Shown one piece after another: positions 9,467 to 16,781 of a DNA stretch of 47,802 nt (position 1 is its first letter; each line of letters begins with the position of its first letter). The stretch lies in NCBI GenBank assembly GCA_964540005.1, contig CAZILN010000289.1, positions 1-47,802 on the forward strand, given 5' to 3'. The stretch comes from an uncultured Bacteroidaceae bacterium. GTDB taxonomy: Bacteria; Bacteroidota; Bacteroidia; Bacteroidales; SM23-62. A program made the translations under genes and the position numbers. The notes under the pieces were generated by a model. That model had not been told where the DNA came from. It saw nothing but the letters and a program-made list of their open reading frames with translations, and ran no database searches.

Positions 9467-10447
9467 CTACTTACCTTCCTCATCAATATCAACCAGGATC
9501 CTGCCGCAATATTCGCAAACAATTATTTTCTTTCTGGCATTAATATCAAGCTGCCTCTGGGGCGGGATCTTGTTAAAGCATCCTCCGCAGGCATCGCGCT
9601 CCACAGTAACGACTGCCAGGCCGTTCCTGGCATTGTTCCTGATCTTAGTGTAAGCCGTGTACAAGCGGTCATTAATAAGCAGCCTGATCTGCTCCCTTTT
9701 TTTCACCAATATCTCTTCCTCTTTCTGGGTATCGGAAATAATCTCATCCAGCTCTGATTTTTTATTCTGAAAGTCTGCCGTTCTTTCATCCAGAATTACC
9801 TGTGACTCTTCGATCACCTTCTTCTTTTCCTCTACCTGGATACCGAATTCTTTCTTTCTCTTCTCTGCCAGTTCTATCTCAAGTGTCTGGAATTCTATCT
9901 CTTTCGATAAAGAATCAAACTCCCTGTTGTTCCTGACATTGTTCTGTTGCTCTTCATATTTCTTAATGAGGTCCAGTGCACTGACTATCTCGTTATTCTT
10001 CCTGGATACTGCATCTTCCATCTCTTCCACATCGGCATTCAGTTTATTGATACGGGTTTCCAGTCCGGCTACCTCATCCTCCAGGTCCTGAACTTCAAGA
10101 GGAAGTTCGCCACGCAGGATTTTAATGGAGTCCACTTCAGAATCAACTGTTTGCAGATCATGCAGAGCCTTAAGCCTGTCCGCCACCGACATTTCAGCCG
10201 TTTCTTCTGACTTGCTCTTTGCACTGGCGGTCTTCTTTGCTGCTGCTGCCTTTTTTGTTGCTGCCGCCTTCTTTGTCGCTTCTTCCTTCTTAGCTGCTGC
10301 GGGCTTTTTTGTAGCTTCCGTTTTCTTTGCTGTCTCCGCCTTTTTAGCTGCCGGGGATTTCTTTGGAGCTTCCGTCTTTTTCGCGTCAGACGCCTTTTTT
10401 GTTGCCGTTGTTTTCTTTGCTGCTGCCGGCTTCTTTGCTGCTGCCAT
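9467..10447 (-). CDS. Coiled-coil plus C4 zinc-ribbon (DUF164) protein with a Lys/Ala-rich N-terminal extension
   Basis: LRGELPLEVQDLEDE coiled coil and CGGC...CEYC zinc ribbon; lies downstream of the Nif3 gene, as is usual. Confidence 0.9.
   Translation of the reverse strand: MAAAKKPAAAKKTTATKKASDAKKTEAPKKSPAAKKAETAKKTEATKKPAAAKKEEATKKAAATKKAAAAKKTASAKSKSEETAEMSVADRLKALHDLQTVDSEVDSIKILRGELPLEVQDLEDEVAGLETRINKLNADVEEMEDAVSRKNNEIVSALDLIKKYEEQQNNVRNNREFDSLSKEIEFQTLEIELAEKRKKEFGIQVEEKKKVIEESQVILDERTADFQNKKSELDEIISDTQKEEEILVKKREQIRLLINDRLYTAYTKIRNNARNGLAVVTVERDACGGCFNKIPPQRQLDINARKKIIVCEYCGRILVDIDEEGK
10232..10447 (-). repeat. 12 tandem xxxxKK hexapeptide (18-nt) coding repeats
   Basis: MAAAKK PAAAKK TTATKK ASDAKK TEAPKK SPAAKK AETAKK TEATKK PAAAKK EEATKK AAATKK AAAAKK. 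Confidence 0.9.
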
Positions 10448-10449
10448 TC

Positions 10450-11544
10450 TTAATAGTAATTTATTGGATTTGTTTTCACCTCGGAAAAATGAAATGCAAA
10501 TGTAGGGAATTTTTTGCTTAGTAGTTCATAAATTATTTCAGTAGTGAACTGTTCACTCTCAAAATGGCCTATATCGGCCAGAACTATGCTGTCCTCCGCA
10601 TCAAAAAACTGGTGGTATTTTACATCAGCAGTAATATAAATATCTGATTTACTGCTGATTGCCTGCCTCATCAGGGATATACCGCTGCCACCACAAACCG
10701 CCACACGGCTGATGGGGCGCTCAAGCAGGCGGGTATGCCTGATGTGGGGAACGGCAAATACTTCTTTGAGCAGGTCCAGGAAAGCAGTTTCGCTGAGGGG
10801 ATCTTCAAGTTCCCCCATCATTCCCATTCCTGTTCTGTGATCCTTATTCATCAGTGGATAAATATCGTATGCCACTTCCTGGTATGGATGAGCCTCCAGC
10901 ATTGCCGCGACAATCTTTCCCTGTAAAGCTACCCGGAAGATTGTTTCCACCCTGATCTCTTTTTCAAAGTGGAGTTCGCCCTTCTTGCCGACAAAAGGAT
11001 CTGAATTTTCGGAACCCCTGAAGCTTCCTTCGCCCGGAGTATTGAAACTGCATTGGTCATAGTCCCCGATGCTTCCGGCTCCTGCATTGAATATAGCCTC
11101 CCTGAGCCCTGATGCATGGTCCTGTGGTACAAAAAACACCAGCTTGCGGAGGTTGTCTTCCTTTGGTTGAAGTATTGTCAGGTTCTGCAGTCCCAGCTTC
11201 TCACATATCTTCCGGTTAACTCCTGTCCATATCACATCCAGGTTGGTATGGGCAGCATAGACAGCTACATCGTTCCTGATTGCCTTTATCAGGGTACGTT
11301 CCGAATAGTTTTTCCCCGTCAGTTTCTTTATGGGCGAAAAGATCAGGGGATGGTGGGAAATGATCATGCCGGTCTTTTTCCTGAGGGCTTCATCTACCAC
11401 AGCCTCGGTAACATCTATACATAAAAGTGCAGAATCCGTTTCCCCGGACGCAGAACCGCAAAGCAGTCCCGAATTATCATAAGGCTCCTGCAGGGATAAA
11501 GGAGCAATACTTTCAATATAACCGATGATGTCCCTTATTAACAT
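10450..11544 (-). CDS. Nif3-like dinuclear metal-centre hexameric protein (GTP cyclohydrolase 1 type 2 family)
   Basis: YDNSGL, ISHHPLIF, AAHTNLD, AHPYQEVAYDIY, VCGGSG, IGHFESE. Confidence 0.93.
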   Translation of the reverse strand: MLIRDIIGYIESIAPLSLQEPYDNSGLLCGSASGETDSALLCIDVTEAVVDEALRKKTGMIISHHPLIFSPIKKLTGKNYSERTLIKAIRNDVAVYAAHTNLDVIWTGVNRKICEKLGLQNLTILQPKEDNLRKLVFFVPQDHASGLREAIFNAGAGSIGDYDQCSFNTPGEGSFRGSENSDPFVGKKGELHFEKEIRVETIFRVALQGKIVAAMLEAHPYQEVAYDIYPLMNKDHRTGMGMMGELEDPLSETAFLDLLKEVFAVPHIRHTRLLERPISRVAVCGGSGISLMRQAISSKSDIYITADVKYHQFFDAEDSIVLADIGHFESEQFTTEIIYELLSKKFPTFAFHFSEVKTNPINYY

Positions 11545-11593
11545 AATTGAATTGTTTTGCGACAGTAAAAATAAAACAGAGGGTGAGGCAGAT

Positions 11594-11932
11594 CTAATCT
11601 ATCTGCTCTTTTATTTCCAGCAACATCTGCTTGATGTTTTTAAGGGATTGGATGAGTTCAAAATCATTAAAGGTATCTTCCTTGTTTTCCTTCATCTTTT
11701 TCCGGGCACCCTTGAGGGTCATCCCCTTTTCCTTTACCAGATGAAAAATAATGTGGAAATTTTCGATATCCTCCTTTGTAAACAGGCGGTTCCCCTTCTT
11801 GTTCTTCTGTGGCTTAATGATATCGAATTCCTTCTCCCAGAACCGGATCAGCGATGTATTCACATCGAACATGGCAGCCACTTCTCCAATGGTGTAAAAC
11901 AGTTTTTCGACCTTTTGTTCCTTGTACGGCAT
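11594..11932 (-). CDS. MerR family transcriptional regulator
   Basis: YTIGEVAAMFDVNTSLIRFWEKEF HTH, KGNRLFT, KGMTLKGA. Confidence 0.92.
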   Translation of the reverse strand: MPYKEQKVEKLFYTIGEVAAMFDVNTSLIRFWEKEFDIIKPQKNKKGNRLFTKEDIENFHIIFHLVKEKGMTLKGARKKMKENKEDTFNDFELIQSLKNIKQMLLEIKEQID

Positions 11933-11971
11933 CTTCAGGGGTATTCCAGATTAAATATAGAAAATTCAATA

Positions 11972-13468
11972 TTAATCACCAAAACAATATAAATATCCGT
12001 TCCTTGAAGCCACATAAATCCTGCCCTCATGGCAGACAGGGGTGGATTCAAAACTGGCCCCGAACTCATCAAGCAGTGTAAAATTCAGGTTGTCGTCATA
12101 CCCGTACAGCCTTATCCCACCGTATCCTGCCGCTATCAGCCTGTCCCCGGTAAAAATAGGCGTACAGATGGACGAACCCACATATTCCCTGAAAATGAGT
12201 ACCGGAGAAGGGTACTGCCTCACCCCGTCAGGACCCGTTACTGTTAAGGCCGTATCTATCCTGCTGTGGTCAACCACATAAAGATACCCGTCTATCCCGA
12301 TGAAGGCGGCCAGGAATTTTCGTATTTCCTGGTTATAGGAGTCAGATATCCCTATGCTGCCGATGATCCCTCCCTGCCAGCTGCCATATTCCTTGTCCCC
12401 GGTAGGAAAATACCAGACCACAGCCTGCGAAGGATCTTTTGACGGGTCCAGTTTAATAGCCCCGCCCTGTCCCTTGATATACTGTTTTTCAATCGATGCC
12501 AGCACACAGTGGTCTGATGTGATGATGGGAGAACCGTCCATGTCCGATCCTGTCACGAAATCCCAGACCAGCTCCCTGCGCTGAAGGCAGTACCCCCATA
12601 TATGGCCTGATCCGGAGGCAATATATATCACATCATCCAGCAGGCTGGGAGAAGCCTCGGTTACCACATTATTCCTGTGAGCCGTCACATCCTCCTGAAA
12701 ATAGAGCTTGGATTCCTGGTAAATCAGCGGTTGAAGCATACCATCCTTCATGGCAGCTTTTTGGGGGTCGGGATTGAAGACGGTAAAGAGTGAGTTTTCC
12801 AGTCCTATATATGCGGTGTCATTTATTACAAGCGCCGAAGCATCCACATCCCGGCTGTAGCTGCTGGTCAGTTTTACATCCAGGCGCCAGAGCTCTCTAC
12901 CGGTAAGGTATGAAATGGCACGGTAGCTCGGAACATGAGGGGCATCAAGGAAATGCCCTGTCCCCAGCCGGCTTCCCTGCAGGATCACCCAGCTGTCCGA
13001 AGGATCCGGTGCCGATGGGTCATGCCAGATCGTACCGGTCCCCTTGATAACATCATCGTATTTATACTGCCAGACAAGGGTACCGCTGTCGGCACGGAAT
13101 TTCTTAAGATTATGGTCATAGGCTCCCTGGACCAGGAAGAGTTCACCCTTTTCCCTGACAAGCAAAGGCTGGCCGGTCCATCCGGCTCCTGCCCATACCC
13201 GTGATCCCGACCTTCTTGAGATCACAGTTGTCCCTTTCCCCAGGTAATGTTTCCAGATTATATTCAGAGAGGAAGGGGCCCTGTTCCCATAGTAATTTCG
13301 TTGGGCGTTTCCCAGGAAAGTGCCGTTAATAACCTGTATATCAAGGCTGTCTGATTCCGCACCGGGTGCCTGGGACCAGCCGGGCATGCAGATCATTGCG
13401 GAAAAGACAAAACCCAGTATGAGCATATTCGATAAATGCACCTTATCTATCCTTAAGTATGAGACCAT
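11972..13468 (-). CDS. Secreted PQQ-like beta-propeller repeat protein
   Basis: Signal peptide; repeated ..G.LVW.Y/F blades (GTLVWQY, GRELWRL, RELVWDF) and C-terminal ESTPVCHEGRIYVASRNGYLYCFG. Start may be 13426. Confidence 0.75.
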   Translation of the reverse strand: MVSYLRIDKVHLSNMLILGFVFSAMICMPGWSQAPGAESDSLDIQVINGTFLGNAQRNYYGNRAPSSLNIIWKHYLGKGTTVISRRSGSRVWAGAGWTGQPLLVREKGELFLVQGAYDHNLKKFRADSGTLVWQYKYDDVIKGTGTIWHDPSAPDPSDSWVILQGSRLGTGHFLDAPHVPSYRAISYLTGRELWRLDVKLTSSYSRDVDASALVINDTAYIGLENSLFTVFNPDPQKAAMKDGMLQPLIYQESKLYFQEDVTAHRNNVVTEASPSLLDDVIYIASGSGHIWGYCLQRRELVWDFVTGSDMDGSPIITSDHCVLASIEKQYIKGQGGAIKLDPSKDPSQAVVWYFPTGDKEYGSWQGGIIGSIGISDSYNQEIRKFLAAFIGIDGYLYVVDHSRIDTALTVTGPDGVRQYPSPVLIFREYVGSSICTPIFTGDRLIAAGYGGIRLYGYDDNLNFTLLDEFGASFESTPVCHEGRIYVASRNGYLYCFGD

Positions 13469-14492
13469 TATCAGTAATCTTCAGCCTGGCTTCCGGGAAA
13501 TCCTCTGCCGTCAGTTGCTGCATTTTGGAGATAACCCAACACCCGGAATCCAGCCTTGTAAACCCCCTGCCGGTCTGCCTTGTGGGGATAATACGGCCAT
13601 AAAGGAATATACCCTGGGTATCGGTATAGACCCTTATAATGGGAGCATATCCCCTGGGACCGCTGAGGTTAAACCGTGCATAGGTGCAGAAATTGCCCAG
13701 GCTATAAGCTATCAGGCGGTCCTTATACACCTCCACAGCCCTGGTTACATGGGGTCCGTGTCCGAATATTATGTCTGCACCCGCATCAATCATGGCATGA
13801 GAAAAAGCATAAATATTGCCCCGGTTGTTCCCCAGGTATTTTTCCGTTTCACGGGTTACGTGCTGGTACTCTTCTCCTTCCGCCCCGCCATGAATCGATA
13901 CTATCAGTATGTCACACTTACTGCTTACCTCGCTGACCAGTTTAACCGCTGAGGGGGTATCAAGCAGGCTGACAGTACCCGGATTAGGGGCAAAGGCACA
14001 GAGGCCGTAGCGGACTGAATTTACAGTTATAATGGTATAAGGGTGCGTGGTCAGTCCGGCAAAAGGGATCCCGGCTTCCTGCATGATCCTTACAGAATTG
14101 TCACTTCCTTCCTTACCGAAATCGCGGATATGGTTATTGGCAAGGCTCACCAGGTCAAAGCCGGCAGCACTAAGACAGGATACATATTTCTCCGGCATCC
14201 GGAACACAAAGCATCTTGTGGTATCGTAACAGTATTTGGCTTTCCCCTGATCGCCGGCAAAGACACCTTCGAGGTTCCCGAATGTTACATCGGAATCCAG
14301 TAAAATCCCCTTTACATCTTCAAGCAGGGGAGCACAATCATCTCCCGGTGGAAGGTAAGTTGTCGAAGGATAATCGGTGCCGAGCATGATATCTCCCACA
14401 CCGGTAATACATACCGTGTCAGTTCCCTGGCCGGCACCGAAGATATGCAGTGTGGTCAGTAGTATTGCAATGCCTGTCAGCACCTGTTTCAT
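13443..14492 (-). CDS. CapA/PGA_cap family protein (paralogue 2)
   Basis: GDIMLG, GNLEG, ANNHIRDFG, HGGAEG, GHGPHV, YSLGNF. Start set at ATG 14492 (MKQVLTGIAILL); the upstream ATG 14513 lies inside the inverted repeat. Confidence 0.88.
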   Translation of the reverse strand: MKQVLTGIAILLTTLHIFGAGQGTDTVCITGVGDIMLGTDYPSTTYLPPGDDCAPLLEDVKGILLDSDVTFGNLEGVFAGDQGKAKYCYDTTRCFVFRMPEKYVSCLSAAGFDLVSLANNHIRDFGKEGSDNSVRIMQEAGIPFAGLTTHPYTIITVNSVRYGLCAFAPNPGTVSLLDTPSAVKLVSEVSSKCDILIVSIHGGAEGEEYQHVTRETEKYLGNNRGNIYAFSHAMIDAGADIIFGHGPHVTRAVEVYKDRLIAYSLGNFCTYARFNLSGPRGYAPIIRVYTDTQGIFLYGRIIPTRQTGRGFTRLDSGCWVISKMQQLTAEDFPEARLKITDNGLILKDR

Positions 14493-14503
14493 GATTTTTG
14501 TAT

Positions 14504-14572
14504 TGAGTAGCATACTGCAAATTCAGCTACATGACTTCGTAATGTCAGGCTGAATTTGCAGTATGCTACTCA
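14504..14572. repeat. Perfect 24-bp inverted repeat with a 21-nt spacer
   Basis: TGAGTAGCATACTGCAAATTCAGC (14504-14527) / GCTGAATTTGCAGTATGCTACTCA (14549-14572). Confidence 0.95.
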
Positions 14573-14580
14573 TTTGTGTT

Positions 14581-14613
14581 AAAAAAAAGACGCCTGGTTT
14601 TCAACCGGCGTCT
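14581..14613 (-). terminator. Intrinsic terminator downstream of the M23 peptidase gene
   Basis: Minus strand reads AGACGCCGGTT-GAA-AACCAGGCGTCT followed by a T run, about 27 nt after the stop at 14640. Confidence 0.8.
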
Positions 14614-14639
14614 AATCTATGCTTTACCCAGATTAAATC

Positions 14640-15608
14640 CTAGTCAAAACTGCCTGCTTTCATCGACAACTGTATCATCCTGTCCCATTCCTCCGGACTC
14701 AGGTCATTGAAATAATAATTTATAGGGTTGACCTTCTTCCCGTTCAGGTGAACCTCGTAATGCAGGTGGGGAGCAGTCGATAACCCGGTGCTTCCCACAA
14801 AACCTATTACATCCCCCCTTGTGACTTTCTGGCCTTTGCGAACATTGAAGCTGTTCATATGACCGTAAAGCGTTTTATATCCAAAGCCATGATCCAGTTC
14901 GATCTTGTTCCCGTATCCCCTTCTTGACCGGTCAACCTTGTCGACCACACCATCTGCCGTGGCATATATTTCGGTCCCGGTAGGAGCCGTAAAATCCATC
15001 CCGTAATGGAATTTCCTGATCTTATATATCGGGTGTATCCTGTATCCCCATCCCGAGGCGGTACGTGTCAGGTCCTTATTGGAAATGGGCTGTATGGCAG
15101 GCAGGCAGGCCAGCTGTTCTTCCCTCCTCTTGGCCAGTTCTATGATCTCGTCGTATGATTTGCTCTGTACATATACTTCTTTGGTCAGCCTGTCAAGGCG
15201 TTGCTTGGAATCGATGACAATTTCAGAATTATCATAGCCTTCCAGCATTTCATAACGGTTCACACCACCATAACCGGCATTACGGATAGATTTGGGAATG
15301 GGTTCCGCATTAAATATGGTACGGTATATATTATCATCCCTCTTTTCCATATCGCTCAGTACGTTTTCAAGATTATCCACGCGATCATTAAGGATCTCAT
15401 ATTGCAACAGGAGCTGGTTATTCTCCCTCTTGAGCCTCTTCTCTTTGGGTGTATCGAAAATGCAGGAATAAAGTATATTCATTCCTGCAGCAAACAGAAA
15501 AATCATAGAAAGATAGGACAGGAAAACAATGAACTTCTTCCTGTAACTCACCCTGATCCTGTCGTAACTCAGTGATTCAGGGTTAAACCTGTATTTACCT
15601 TTTGCCAT
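14640..15608 (-). CDS. M23 family metallopeptidase (peptidoglycan endopeptidase)
   Basis: N-terminal TM and coiled coil; HYGMDF, YGHM, GSTGLSTAPHLHYEV. Confidence 0.93.
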   Translation of the reverse strand: MAKGKYRFNPESLSYDRIRVSYRKKFIVFLSYLSMIFLFAAGMNILYSCIFDTPKEKRLKRENNQLLLQYEILNDRVDNLENVLSDMEKRDDNIYRTIFNAEPIPKSIRNAGYGGVNRYEMLEGYDNSEIVIDSKQRLDRLTKEVYVQSKSYDEIIELAKRREEQLACLPAIQPISNKDLTRTASGWGYRIHPIYKIRKFHYGMDFTAPTGTEIYATADGVVDKVDRSRRGYGNKIELDHGFGYKTLYGHMNSFNVRKGQKVTRGDVIGFVGSTGLSTAPHLHYEVHLNGKKVNPINYYFNDLSPEEWDRMIQLSMKAGSFD

Positions 15609-15665
15609 TTTGTGTAAAAAAATCAGCCCCTAAAAGTAAATAAATAAATTGAATGTGACAAATCG

Positions 15666-16628
15666 CTAGTTATCAGCGGTGTTTGCCAGGGTGGTAATAT
15701 CCCTGTATTCTTCAGGAAGGAGGTCATCGGCGTAAAAAAGCCTTGGATTCAAAGCTTTGTTATTTAATCTCACCTCATAGTGCAAATGCGGCCCGGTGGA
15801 TTTTCCGGAGCTGCCCAGGGTCCCGATCAGGCTTCCCCGGGATATTTTCTGCCCAACATGTACAAGAATGGAATTCAGGTGAGCATAACGGGTGGTATAC
15901 CCGAAACCATGGTCTATCACAATTTCTTTCCCGTATCCTGATTTTGAGATCTTTGTCTGGAGAACCTTTCCATCCCCTGTTGAAAAAACTTCGGTCCCTC
16001 TCAAAGCAGCAAAATCCAGTCCGCGATGCTCGGTGATCTGCTTGCTCATAGGGTCGGTCCGGTAGCCATACTCCGAGCTGATCCAGAAATAAATGTCCAG
16101 AGGAATGGGCTGAACGGAGGGCTTCCGTGCCAGCAGGTCTTTTCTCTCCAGGGCCCTGCCGAGAAGATCATTGAAAGAACGCTGCTGAACATCTGCCTTC
16201 AGCTCCAGGATATCCAGTCCCCGGGTAGTACTTATCATCAGATCCGATGAATTAAATCCCAGGAGCAGGGGATAAGGATTGGAACCTCCCTGGCCTACCT
16301 CCCTGACAGAAGGGGGGATGGGCTCCATTGTAAAAATGCCACGGTACAGGCTGTCATCCCTGATCTGCATGTCTGTCAGCAGGTTTCCAAGCTGAGAGAG
16401 TTTGTCATTTATGGAATCATACTTATGCAGTATTTGTTCCTGCTGAACCTCCAGGCTGGATTCGGCGGGATTTAAATTCAGCCTGCCCAGAAGGTTATGA
16501 GTCAGGATCGCCATTACAACAACGAGCAGGGTGAAAATCGAGAACCTCAGAATTTTCTCCCCGTGGGACCTTCTGATTTCAATAAACTCGTGAGTATCAG
16601 GATTAAAACGAAATGTCTTCCTGCTCAT
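15666..16628 (-). CDS. M23 family metallopeptidase (tandem paralogue)
   Basis: Same architecture; HRGLDF, YAHL, GSSGKSTGPHLHYEV. Confidence 0.92.
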   Translation of the reverse strand: MSRKTFRFNPDTHEFIEIRRSHGEKILRFSIFTLLVVVMAILTHNLLGRLNLNPAESSLEVQQEQILHKYDSINDKLSQLGNLLTDMQIRDDSLYRGIFTMEPIPPSVREVGQGGSNPYPLLLGFNSSDLMISTTRGLDILELKADVQQRSFNDLLGRALERKDLLARKPSVQPIPLDIYFWISSEYGYRTDPMSKQITEHRGLDFAALRGTEVFSTGDGKVLQTKISKSGYGKEIVIDHGFGYTTRYAHLNSILVHVGQKISRGSLIGTLGSSGKSTGPHLHYEVRLNNKALNPRLFYADDLLPEEYRDITTLANTADN

Positions 16629-16781
16629 AATTGAAAACTTACACTCTAAAAATAAAAATTAGATGACTCACAAACAAATCTCACTCAAAAAAAACTAATT
16701 TTAAAGACTGTTTTACAGGAAAATATCCATACTATTTATTAATAAACCGTATCAAAGGATAAATTCCCGGACTATAAAAAT

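Noticed and set aside
10125-10505. 126-aa Phe/Ala-rich ORF on the + strand
   Set aside because: It is the antisense shadow of the Lys/Ala repeat.
14504-14572. Invertible promoter (phase variation) between inverted repeats
   Set aside because: Only 21 nt lie between the arms, there is no TAnnTTTG box inside, and no recombinase is in the window.
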